Both the position numbers and the translations under genes were made by a program. From the NCBI GenBank assembly GCA_965233865.1, contig OZ247587.1, positions 320,001 through 384,000 of the forward strand: DNA of 64,000 nt, written 5' to 3'. Within the stretch, counting starts at the first letter, position 1, and every line of letters begins with the position of its first letter. This DNA comes from Candidatus Neptunichlamydia sp. (lineage in GTDB: Bacteria; Chlamydiota; Chlamydiia; Chlamydiales; Simkaniaceae). The notes beneath the pieces are model-generated. The model was not told where the DNA came from and ran no database searches. It saw nothing but the letters and a program-made list of their open reading frames with translations. Shown here in pieces: positions 38,680 through 47,805 of this stretch.

Positions 38680-39666
38680 ATGGGCATGTCAGAAAAAGAT
38701 TTGAATAAGCCACTTCGAGATTTCATTGTTCCAGTCCGAACTACGATTCATGTGGAACATACAGTGGAGGAAGCCCTCCGCTATCTTCGCGATAAACGCA
38801 TTACTGACGAGATTATTTATATTTATGTGGTTGATGAAGAAAGAAAGCTCATTGGCGTCGTTCCAACTCGCCGCCTTCTATTAACTAAGCCTCAAACTCC
38901 CATTAGAGATTTAATGGGGACACACCTTATTAGCTTAAGAGGGGACCAAACTCTTCAGGAAGCAATGGAGTTTTTGGAAACCCATCACCTTCTGGCTCTC
39001 CCTGTAGTGGATGATAAAAATCATCTTCTTGGAGTAATTGATGTGGGCCTCTACTTAGAAGAAAAAATTGATGTGGCTTCATCCCGCCGCCGATCTGATA
39101 TTTTTCAAATGATTGGTATGTACGTCGAAGAAGGTAAAAAGCCTAGTCCCTGGCAAGGATACCGAGCCCGTATGCCATGGATTTTTTGCAATATGTTTGG
39201 AGGTTTTGCCTGCGCTATTATCTCAAGAGTTTTTGAGATTGTCCTTTCGCAAGTCCTTCTTCTGGCAATGTTTATTCCTCTAGTCTTAACCCTTTCTGAA
39301 TCGATTTCTATGCAATCAATGACTCAGAGTATGCAGCTTCTTAAGAAACATAATCGCCGCTGGAGCTACACTATTGGATGCCTTTTGCGTGAATGGCAAG
39401 TCGTTGCTCTTATCGCGATTACATCAGGAATTATCGTTGGTATTGTTTCACTCCTCTGGGGAAATGGAATCACCCCAGGATTCGTCATTATGTTTGGAAT
39501 TATGTGCTCAGTTTATATTACGTCAATAATCGGATCGGCTGTTCCCCTGATTCTTCATGCCCGAAAATGGGACCCCCGCGTTGCTGCAGGGCCTGTTGTT
39601 CTCATGTTTGCGGATGTTATCACCACACTCATCTATCTTTCCTTGGGAACCTGGTGGCTTTTATAG
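38680..39666 (+). CDS. mgtE: Magnesium transporter MgtE (CBS pair plus TM domain)
   Basis: IYYIYVVD, a CBS pair, RMPW, FIPLV and DPRVAAGPVVLMFADV. Confidence 0.88.
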   Translation: MGMSEKDLNKPLRDFIVPVRTTIHVEHTVEEALRYLRDKRITDEIIYIYVVDEERKLIGVVPTRRLLLTKPQTPIRDLMGTHLISLRGDQTLQEAMEFLETHHLLALPVVDDKNHLLGVIDVGLYLEEKIDVASSRRRSDIFQMIGMYVEEGKKPSPWQGYRARMPWIFCNMFGGFACAIISRVFEIVLSQVLLLAMFIPLVLTLSESISMQSMTQSMQLLKKHNRRWSYTIGCLLREWQVVALIAITSGIIVGIVSLLWGNGITPGFVIMFGIMCSVYITSIIGSAVPLILHARKWDPRVAAGPVVLMFADVITTLIYLSLGTWWLL

Positions 39667-39708
39667 TTGCTTTACTTAATTACTGAGAGTTAGAAAGCCC
39701 GTATCAAA

Positions 39709-40099
39709 TTCTCTGAAGAGAGATCTCTTCTTTTTACAAGCCTTGGGATGGTTAAGTGTTTTTTTTATAGCTAATTCTTAGCCGCTTCATGGCACAACGA
39801 ACACCTGAAGGGCTTACATTGAGACGATATGCTCGTTCATAGTTGAAGGCATCAGGGTATTTTTTGATATCCTCCATCAAGCGATCTCTTTCAACCTTTA
39901 TTGCAGGTCTATTTTTAGTGCGCTTTGCTTCTAGCCTCTTAGACCAAAGAAATATGCTATTTACACTTACACCAAAACGTTTTGCTGTCTTGGCAAAACT
40001 TAAATTTTCTGTGCTTCGGATCAGCAGTACCTTTTTTCTAAAATCTAGCGAAATATGTTATTCAAAAAAGTATAACTAAAACGAAATATTTTAGCTATA
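39709..40099 (-). mobile_element. IS630-family remnant, copy 1 (left end plus HTH part)
   Basis: Reads SLDFRKKVL...AKRFGVS...YPDAFNYERA...ISYKKT. Terminal sequence TATAGCTAAAATATTTCGTTTTAGTTATA. Near-identical to 53451-53809. Confidence 0.85.
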
Positions 40100-40294
40100 T
40101 AGGTAATATCGCTGACCCATTTAGCATTCTTTTTCTCTGCCGTAAAATTCTGGTTAATCAAGTTCGGCTTCTTCTCTTTTACTACTAACTTCTTTCCTTT
40201 CCATTTCTTTCTTTGAATTTTTTCATTTACTTTTACTCTTCTTTAATTTCGAGAAGTCTATATCATAACTGTCCTATTTTTCGGGGGAAGATCA
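40097..40294 (-). mobile_element. IS3-family remnant (terminal IR plus integrase fragment)
   Basis: End sequence TGATCTTCCCCCGAAAAATAGGACAG at 40294-40269. The fragment PNLINQNFTAEKKNAKWVSDITYI is interrupted by the IS630 at a TA. Confidence 0.7.
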
Positions 40295-40513
40295 ATCATC
40301 GTTCTTTATAAGGACGTAGGTTTTTCGGAAGAGCAACTCCATATGATCAAGAAGTTGTATGATATGGTTGAGAATTACGATAGTACTACGGGGGAAAGAG
40401 ATCACAACAACGATGCAATAGGAAAAACGGATGCACAGATAGCAGACGATCCAAAATGGCATGTGATTCGAGACTATGATAAACAGGTTTATAAAGAGTT
40501 AACTAAGGAGTGA
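40295..40513 (+). pseudogene. 3' remnant of a small acidic protein (immunity-protein-like), truncated at the IS3 end
   Basis: Open frame IIVLYKDVGFSEEQLHMIKKLYDMVENYD...DAQIADDPKWHVIRDYDKQVYKELTKE* begins exactly at the IS3 terminus. Confidence 0.4.
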
Positions 40514-40560
40514 AATTGGAAAACTAACTTGCTTATTTAGAACCCTTATATGAAGAATTA

Positions 40561-42606
40561 TTATTCTTGTGGGTGTGGTTGTAGATCGTTGATGAATTGA
40601 GTAAAGGCTTCGGTTTCTCTAAGGTTTTCGAGCCAATCATCTTCGATGAGGTCCTCAAGAAAGGGGAGTGCATCGAAAGTTTTTGCTTTTTGCAAAAAGC
40701 GGAAAGAGTTTTTAAGATCCCCTATTAGAGAGTAAAGACAAGCTAGAGCGTAGTAGGCATGGACATTTCCAAGCTTGGCGGCCTGAATCATTTTGTATTC
40801 AGACTCGCGGAGGTACTGATCCGATTCAACGTCATTTTCGAGGAGGTGACCAAGGTTAATGAGGGTTAGCGCCCAGTCGAGAATTACCTGGTCGTTTTCT
40901 TTTTCTTTTTGATTTGCAATTCGATAATGGTGGATCGCTCGCATGAAGATATCTGGTTTGTTAACAAGCTCTGCATAATGACTATAGGTGAGCGCTAGAC
41001 GGTAGTGAATGCGAGAAAACTCTGGACAAAGCATCAGGATATGGTTAAGGATATCAAGGGCTTTAACATAGTGACTATCGCTCTCAATAAATCCCGCAAG
41101 CTGGTCGAGGGCAGATGCGTAGTAGCACATCCAATCGGGATGGAGGTAGGCGGCATTTTTCTGTAAGGCGATAGCCTTTTCAAAGTGGGAAACAGCAAAT
41201 TCTATTGTGGATTGGTCATGGATTAATTCACCATATTTGAGGAGACACATTGCATAATGACTGTGAATTGTACTGTTTTTTTTCAATCCTATGGTTCTTT
41301 CAAAAAAGTGCAGAGAGCGTTCATAACTTTTTTCATCATTGTCTAAAAGAGATGAATCGAAGCTACTTCGGGCAATTGCTGCCCACAAGCGGTCATGTGA
41401 GCGGTCAAGACTCAGCCCTTCTTGAAAGGTTTCTATAGCCTGGTAGTGATAGTCGATGTCTTCGTAATATCTACCAAGGGAGGAATAGCACATGCCGTGA
41501 GCATAGAAAACTTCTGGGTCGTCGAGCTTGTCTATAAAAGGCTCAATTTTATTGAGCGCTTCATGGATAAGTTCCAGCCGTTCAGTTGCACTGCCGAGTT
41601 GGGCTAAAGCACAGGTCCAAGTTGTTATGATATAAGGATTCTCCTTTTCACATCGGTGGGCACGGTTGCACTTGTCAATAGCTGCGCGGAGCTTTTTTTC
41701 GTCATTAAAAGCGGTTCCTGACTCAAGCAATAAGTGGGCCCATTCTAGCCAAATAGCACTGTTTTTTCCAGAGAGTTGAACTGCTGTAGAGAAGCATTCA
41801 TTTGATTGGGAAAAATGATCTTCATCATGAGAGACACTGTAGAGAGCTTTAAGGGCTTTTCCAAGCATGAACCACCCATCTTCCAAGGAAATTGAAATCG
41901 AAACAGCATTTTTATATGCGTTGATTGACTTGACGTAGAAACGGTAATCATTTGTTTTTGTCCCCATAAGCATGGTGACATTGCCAAAGTTAATCCAGAA
42001 TTCAGAAGGAAGGTCTTCTTGGTAAGTTGTTGCTCTTTCATAAGCTTTGATCGCGTAGTGAAGATCAGAGATCTCCCCTGATTTTTGTGCGAGCTTTCCC
42101 CAAATATCCCCAAAATCCCAAAAAAGATCAGCAAGAACATCCGAGGGTTGCCCATCGGCAAGGGAAATCGCTTTCTCATATTTTCTTAAGGCATTTGCAA
42201 AATAGCTGGGTTCTTTTTTGCGGTTTCCAAGAAAAAAGAGGGTGTTTCCCCATAAATGCCATGCTTCAAAACAAGTAGGATTCAGGGTTGTTGCTCTTTT
42301 AAAGCGCTTGCTAGCAAGCGTGAGACCTTCTTCGTTTCCGTCATGACTTCCAAACTCAAAAAGAGATAGTCCTTGTTTTAAAAATAGTTCACTATTTGAG
42401 GGGTTGAGCTTTGCAGCCATATCAAAATAGGCAAGGCCTCCTTTATCTCCATGAAGGAGACGGAATTCCCCCTTTTGAAGCAGGGTTGTAGTGAGCGCAG
42501 AATAGTCCTTATTTTTTAGATCTTCAATAGAAGCTCCAAGATTTTCAGTTTCTTGAGGCGGAAGCTCAAAGCTAGAGGTTTCATTAATATGCTCGATCTT
42601 TGCCAT
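40561..42606 (-). CDS. Tetratricopeptide-repeat protein
   Basis: Repeated helical TPR units (AWHLWGNTLF..A..YEKAI) and a C-terminal YALACLYSL cap. Confidence 0.85.
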   Translation of the reverse strand: MAKIEHINETSSFELPPQETENLGASIEDLKNKDYSALTTTLLQKGEFRLLHGDKGGLAYFDMAAKLNPSNSELFLKQGLSLFEFGSHDGNEEGLTLASKRFKRATTLNPTCFEAWHLWGNTLFFLGNRKKEPSYFANALRKYEKAISLADGQPSDVLADLFWDFGDIWGKLAQKSGEISDLHYAIKAYERATTYQEDLPSEFWINFGNVTMLMGTKTNDYRFYVKSINAYKNAVSISISLEDGWFMLGKALKALYSVSHDEDHFSQSNECFSTAVQLSGKNSAIWLEWAHLLLESGTAFNDEKKLRAAIDKCNRAHRCEKENPYIITTWTCALAQLGSATERLELIHEALNKIEPFIDKLDDPEVFYAHGMCYSSLGRYYEDIDYHYQAIETFQEGLSLDRSHDRLWAAIARSSFDSSLLDNDEKSYERSLHFFERTIGLKKNSTIHSHYAMCLLKYGELIHDQSTIEFAVSHFEKAIALQKNAAYLHPDWMCYYASALDQLAGFIESDSHYVKALDILNHILMLCPEFSRIHYRLALTYSHYAELVNKPDIFMRAIHHYRIANQKEKENDQVILDWALTLINLGHLLENDVESDQYLRESEYKMIQAAKLGNVHAYYALACLYSLIGDLKNSFRFLQKAKTFDALPFLEDLIEDDWLENLRETEAFTQFINDLQPHPQE

Positions 42607-42781
42607 AATATGCCCAATTTAAAGGATGTCGAAAGGGTGATTATAAGAGAGGGGGCTATTTTCGACAATGGGACGATTCGTTAAAAGATAGATTTCAACC
42701 CCATTCACATGATTAAAATTTTAATTGATCACCTCAAAATAAGTGGTTTAAAAAAAAATATTCTTAACGTAAAATTTAACC

Positions 42782-43174
42782 ATGTTTATTTATCATCGTA
42801 CGATACGTGTTCAAGATACCGATGCAACTGGGGTTCTCTACTTTGCAAATCAGCTTCAGATAGCGCTCGAAGCGTTTGAAGAGCTTCTATTAACCCGAGG
42901 GTTTTCATTTGGGGAAATGGTTCGTAAAAATCAATTTTTACTTCCAATCGTCCACACTGAAGGGGATTTTTTTGCCCCACTCACTCTTGGAGATCAAATA
43001 GAGGTTCACCTTTCTTTTTCAAAGATTGGGACAACTTCTATTACCCATTCATCAGAACTATTCAAACAAGGCCACAGCATGGGGACGACATCAATTGTAC
43101 ACGCTGTCTACTGTCCTAATAAGGGAGAGGCAATCCCGATCCCACAAGAATTAAAAACACTAATAACATTATAG
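42782..43174 (+). CDS. menI: Hotdog-fold thioesterase, probable DHNA-CoA hydrolase (4HBT/Slr0204 type)
   Basis: YHRTIRVQDTDATGVLYFAN...EAFEELL and LPIVH..DFFAPL resemble the cyanobacterial DHNA-CoA thioesterase; the men operon is nearby. Confidence 0.6.
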   Translation: MFIYHRTIRVQDTDATGVLYFANQLQIALEAFEELLLTRGFSFGEMVRKNQFLLPIVHTEGDFFAPLTLGDQIEVHLSFSKIGTTSITHSSELFKQGHSMGTTSIVHAVYCPNKGEAIPIPQELKTLITL

Positions 43175-43181
43175 GTGGAAT

Positions 43182-43595
43182 ATGGATGTAATTCATAAAG
43201 CTGGGTATTCTAATCCCATGTTAACAGGACAAAGATTGCTTTACTGCTGCAGTTCGGTGACGCTTGCGGCACTCTTAGCAAAAACATTGATTCCGTCATC
43301 GGATTTAAAAACTCACTTTGCATTTGGCTGTTCGGTTGGAACTGTTGCAACTTTATCCTGGGAAAATGCCCATCCTAAAGAGTGGGTTAAAACAGGCAGC
43401 AAAGAGAAGCAGAGATTGAAAAATAATGTATTATGCGTCCTATTCATGACAATTTCTCTAATGTCAGGAAAGTTTTCAACTAGGATTTTTGCGGAAAGAA
43501 TCTCTTACAAAGGAATGCTGGGAAGGGGACTTTACTTCTTCACTTGCAGTACCGCTATTACTTATGCGTCCAATTCTTATCAAAAGGCTGTTTAG
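43182..43595 (+). CDS. Hypothetical membrane protein
   Basis: 137-aa ORF 7 bp after the thioesterase, with an AGGTGG RBS and two hydrophobic pairs. Confidence 0.55.
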   Translation: MDVIHKAGYSNPMLTGQRLLYCCSSVTLAALLAKTLIPSSDLKTHFAFGCSVGTVATLSWENAHPKEWVKTGSKEKQRLKNNVLCVLFMTISLMSGKFSTRIFAERISYKGMLGRGLYFFTCSTAITYASNSYQKAV

Positions 43596-43620
43596 AACCG
43601 AGGAGTTTTAGAGGGACATA

Positions 43621-43650
43621 TAAGGTGCACCCCACTGTCAAGACAGTTTT
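43621..43650. mobile_element. Orphan IS3/IS150-like terminal inverted repeat
   Basis: Minus strand reads AAAACTGTCTTGACAGTGGGGTGCACCTTA, which resembles IS3-family right ends. Confidence 0.35.
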
Positions 43651-43750
43651 TTCGTGATTTTTTAGGAGACTTTCTGTCTCGAAAGGTTCTTCATTTATTA
43701 GGCTAATGCCTCCATATATTTTATTTTTCCTGAGCTCTCAGCCCCATGCA

Positions 43751-43963
43751 CTATTCAACCTGAAGCTGTGCAGCAAGTTCAGGAATAATGCTTTTTCTAT
43801 ATTCAGCCCGCTCATTATTAAGTATCTCTTTGTCAATTCGAGATCCTATATGCCAATTGAGTAGCACCTGAGTATGATTGAATTCTCTAGCTAGTTTGCT
43901 CCTTGCAGATATAATTATTTTTTGAATATCTATTAAAACGCTAGTTGTCAGTGACTTATTCAT
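43751..43963 (-). pseudogene. DUF1016 (YhcG) N-terminal fragment
   Basis: IQKIIISAR...NHTQVLLNWHIGSRI...RAEY..SIIPELAAQL; stops after 70 aa. Confidence 0.75.
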
Positions 43964-43983
43964 AAACCAATTCTCGTGGGTAA

Positions 43984-44009
43984 AATTGTTGCGACGTGTC
44001 GCAACAATT
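43984..44009. promoter_or_regulatory. Perfect 12-bp inverted repeat upstream of the DUF1016 fragment
   Basis: AATTGTTGCGAC-gt-GTCGCAACAATT, 20 bp upstream of the ATG. Confidence 0.5.
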
Positions 44010-44129
44010 CAAATTCATCTCGGAATAATACAGAAAAGCTAGATATCTCACAAGATCCTAAGGGATTCGTTTTTAGGGAAATATGAAAGAGAGTAATTTT
44101 TTTGTTTAAGTTTCATCCGCTGCAATTTT

Positions 44130-45075
44130 TTATTGGTATATAAAATTTCGGATGCAAAGATGGTAAGCCCTAAAAAAGTCTTTTTCAGATGAATTAGGGC
44201 TGGAAGAAGCATATTCTTCCTTCCACTTTTCTATTAATATAGAAAGCTTTTCCCAAAGACTTTTAGGAAGTTGGGTGACGCTTCCTAGCAATAAATAAGC
44301 ACCAAATTCTTTGTCGGCTGGCATTGCGCGACCAATAAATATATCTCCTTGCTTGAGTGATATTGATGTTGACCTGTCTTGAACCTTTAGAAATCTTTTT
44401 TCCTGAGAAAGGATATCTTGGGCCAAATAAGTGCCCTTTTCTAATTTCAAGCTTTTGTCACTACGCATTTTCACTACTCGATAGATCGAAGGCCTATCCC
44501 GAAGCTGGGACTCAAGCAGATGTTTTTCGTCGGAAGGGAGCTCGCCAACTTTATCTGCAAAAAGCTCTATCATCCTCTTTGAGAAACCAGGTACTATCTT
44601 GTCGTGCATTATCCATTGGGCAAATGCTTCAGATTCCCGTGTAGGATCCATATACACTGTATTCCCTTGCACTGCTTCTTCTCCACAAAATTCCCTAATC
44701 AGGCCTAAGTATTTGTCTTGACCAACATGCTCCATCAAGAACTGCGTCATCCGTTGGTTTAATCGTTTTTGAGCAGATGCTGCTAAGTCAGGAGGAGCTC
44801 CTGATTGAATTGATTCAGCTATTGATTTTCCAGCTGATAAGCCAACGGCCCATTGTATAAACATCTCTAATTAATTCAAAACCTGTTGTATTGGTACTAG
44901 ATCTTGTTGGTTTGCCCTTTTTAGGGCTATCTCTAGGTCTGATAAAGCTTGAGGAGCTGTTTTAATGATATGTCGAACTTGTTCCGGCAATTCATGAGCG
45001 ACTTCAGGAGATTTGCTAACGAAGTTGCTTCAATTTTTCGGTTTTTGCTAAAAGAGCTGCTTTATTAAGCTTCAT
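44130..45075 (-). pseudogene. Hypothetical protein, probably frameshifted at the 5' end (intact ORF 44130-44864)
   Basis: A 244-aa ORF plus protein-like upstream frames (MKLNKAALLAKTEKL; SKSPEVAHELPEQVRHII...ELIRDVYTMGR) that need frameshifts to join. Confidence 0.4.
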
Positions 45076-45235
45076 GATTTTGAACTCTACCAATCTATTT
45101 GATTAATACACTTCCAATTTTTCTCATTAGACTATATGGAAATCAAGATAATTTTGTAAAAATTATTTTTCGGGAACGTTTGAATCATATTTAAAAATGA
45201 CTGAATCCTAGTAATTTATCAGTTTTGTGATATTT

Positions 45236-45901
45236 TCAAGGGGAGATAACAGTGACTTCAATAACAATAAGGGAATAAGGTTCGGGTTTTGGGAATTCTC
45301 CATAAGCAAGATCTGGATGGATAAATATTTTTCTTTTTTCTCCCACTCTAATTCCTTTTAATCCATTTCGGAGTCCGGCAATCATTTCAGAAAGAGGCAG
45401 ACGTATTCCTGAGATGTTCTCAGAAAGAATTTCCTCATTCAGCGATTTCTCTTTAAAAGAAATTAAAGGAGAAGAGCCGTTCAGATCCTTGATGATTTCG
45501 CCTGTTCCAGAAGTTATCACTTTATAATAGAGCTTGTCTTTGACTAACTCATGAATACCGTTAACTGTTTTTAGTTTTTGTAGATGAGAATCAGCAGCTT
45601 GAAGATTAAAAATCCCTTGATCGGTTGCTTTTTTCTCTAGGGATTCCATTAGGGAAGTGAAGCATTCATCTAAGGGCTTAGACTTTTGCCTTCCTGTATT
45701 AAGCTTCCAAAGATTAACGGTAAGCTCTTCGAAAGAGTAGTTGCCCTCATAGGTTTTCATGACGCTCCAAAGGACTTGAGCAAGATCTTCAGAGACTTGT
45801 GATTGATAGTTTTTAACAGTCTGATTTTCATCCTCTTCGGAATAGCAAAAGGTTAGATAAAGAAAAGTCATTAAAAAGCAGCAGCATTTAGTCCAAATCA
45901 T
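45236..45901 (-). CDS. Mip-like FKBP-type PPIase with signal peptide and degenerate active site
   Basis: KLYYKVITSGTG and MIAGLRNGLKGIRVGEKRKIFIHPDLAYG; ATGA overlap with the upstream gene. Confidence 0.8.
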   Translation of the reverse strand: MIWTKCCCFLMTFLYLTFCYSEEDENQTVKNYQSQVSEDLAQVLWSVMKTYEGNYSFEELTVNLWKLNTGRQKSKPLDECFTSLMESLEKKATDQGIFNLQAADSHLQKLKTVNGIHELVKDKLYYKVITSGTGEIIKDLNGSSPLISFKEKSLNEEILSENISGIRLPLSEMIAGLRNGLKGIRVGEKRKIFIHPDLAYGEFPKPEPYSLIVIEVTVISP

Positions 45902-46875
45902 AATGAAGTTAACATCTCTAAAACAGTTTCCAAGAAGTTATCTGACTCATATATCTTGAGGATTTTGTCATTTAGTTTGTCATAATTTTCGATTATAGCT
46001 TCTGTCTGAGGATGTTTTTTGCTTCCCCAAAATAATGATCTTTTTATTGGAAGAAAAGGATTATTTTTGTTTGTTCCACTGATCAAACAAGTCTTATCGA
46101 TCAGATTTTTTAATTCAGAAGCTATAGAAGCAATTTCCACAGCGCTTTGGAGTTGGCATTGTTCAAATGTTTTTTGGGATTCTTCCATCTCTAGACAATT
46201 CATCACTTCTGAAGGAAGCGATTTAACTTCAACAGGAAAACTCTTTAGTTTTTGTATCAACTGCTCTCTTTGTACAAAAGCTTTCACGTTTTCCTCTCCG
46301 TATCCATATAAAAGGCCTAAAGCTTTGTAGTAAGTGATCAAAAAAGATGCTTTGGAATGGTAGTAACCGAATTTACCTTCGCAAAGCATTGTGAGAATCT
46401 TGCTCGCGCAAATTTCCTCTTCTACTAGTTCTTGGAAAATTGGGAGATTATCTTTGATAACTGCATAGGCCTTCTTTTTATTGATCAGTATGAATCCAAA
46501 GAAACTACCATGTTTTACTTTGATAAAACTATATTTTTTTATAAGGAAAAGATTTTTGTACTTCTCCCAAACCTTCCATCCTTTTTCATCTAGAGCCATC
46601 AGAAAGAGGTGTTTTTGAGGCTCTTTATAGAACTGAGGGAAGGCGAGCAAGTTCAAGTTGTAATCGATGCTTCCCATTGGTTTCTGCCCCAAAAGAGTAT
46701 ACGAAAAATCTCCGTGGTAAAACAGTCTTTTAAAGAACCTCGACAAGATCTCTCTGTCTTTAAATGGAATCAAATTGACTTGAGAGGTTACTGATTCGTT
46801 TACATCTGTTTCTTGTGCACTTAGATTGGTTAGGGAATGAGTTGCTAACAGACAAAAGAGCAAAAAGAGCCTCAT
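45898..46875 (-). CDS. Exported hypothetical protein (325 aa) with YTLLGQKP and LGLLYGYG motifs
   Basis: Signal peptide MRLFLLFCLLATHSLTNLSA|Q and a GAGGGAG RBS. Confidence 0.8.
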   Translation of the reverse strand: MRLFLLFCLLATHSLTNLSAQETDVNESVTSQVNLIPFKDREILSRFFKRLFYHGDFSYTLLGQKPMGSIDYNLNLLAFPQFYKEPQKHLFLMALDEKGWKVWEKYKNLFLIKKYSFIKVKHGSFFGFILINKKKAYAVIKDNLPIFQELVEEEICASKILTMLCEGKFGYYHSKASFLITYYKALGLLYGYGEENVKAFVQREQLIQKLKSFPVEVKSLPSEVMNCLEMEESQKTFEQCQLQSAVEIASIASELKNLIDKTCLISGTNKNNPFLPIKRSLFWGSKKHPQTEAIIENYDKLNDKILKIYESDNFLETVLEMLTSL

Positions 46876-46923
46876 GACTCTCCCTCAGTATTGGTTACGC
46901 TGCTAAAGATCCAAGCTTTTAGA

Positions 46924-47223
46924 TTATGGGGGTCCCCAAGGCCAGCCACAATACCAACAGTTGTTATTTTTGGGGTCATTATATTTTCCACAGTTACCAC
47001 ATTTCCATTTAGCTTCTTTTTTCAAAACATAGTATCTGTTTTCATCTTTATCAAATACAATTGCATCAACTTCTTGATAACAGTTATCCGCTTCTATATA
47101 GATTCCTGTGGCATCAAATATTACCCGATCTAACTCTACATAAAGCTTTTCAAGAGGATTTCCAAAAACGGAAGCTGAAGCGATTATGGCAACCATCATC
47201 ACAAAAATCGAAATTCTCTTCAT
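46924..47223 (-). CDS. Small exported protein with a C-terminal RanBP2-type zinc-finger motif
   Basis: Signal peptide MKRISIFVMMVAIIASASVFG, strong AGGAGG RBS, and WKCGNCGKYNDPKNNNCWYC. Confidence 0.82.
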   Translation of the reverse strand: MKRISIFVMMVAIIASASVFGNPLEKLYVELDRVIFDATGIYIEADNCYQEVDAIVFDKDENRYYVLKKEAKWKCGNCGKYNDPKNNNCWYCGWPWGPP

Positions 47224-47304
47224 GCTACCCTCCTTTTAACTTGTGAAAGGGCATTCATGCTCGTAATTTACACAACACTCGTAAAATTATCACCAACAAA
47301 AATT

Positions 47305-47805
47305 TTAAATGCTCTGATCAGACTTAGATATAACCTCCTCATCTTCAACATAAGAATCTACGATGTCTCTTTGTTTGAAGTACTTAAATTTAGATTTAAG
47401 AGCTGGCCAATTTCCTGGAAGCTTGATAAACGCCTCCAAGTCCGGCAAGTTTAAAATCTGGGTTGGAGAGATGGTTGGTCTAGTGCGCTCTACGCTTGAT
47501 AGGTTGACCCCATCTCGCATTTCATGAGCCCATAAGAAAGCCCCTCTTGAGTCTCTCTAAATTCGCGTTGCCCAAAGAATGAGGACATTCTTTTTGCGAT
47601 TTCTGCATCACTTTGCCTAAAGCTGACCTTTGTGTCACACTGATCCAAAATAATCCGAGCTCCATGATGTCTATAGATCTTATCAAGTTGTGAAACGTTT
47701 TGCGTTGCAAGAACGATAGCCCCTCCGTATTTCCTGAGTTCAGCAAGAGACTCTTCTAAGTATTCAAGCTTTTGAAGAGCATGAAGTTCATCGATGATCA
47801 GCCTT
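47305..47805 (-). pseudogene. traD: 3' fragment of an F-type conjugative coupling protein TraD
   Basis: Walker B IIDELHALQKL, ELRKYGG, QNVSQL..IY and EGLSYG/(AHE)MRDGVNLS...ILNLPDLEAFIKLPG. Frameshift near 47525. Confidence 0.8.

Noticed and set aside
39843..40079. 78-aa + strand ORF
   Set aside because: Antisense to the IS630 remnant.
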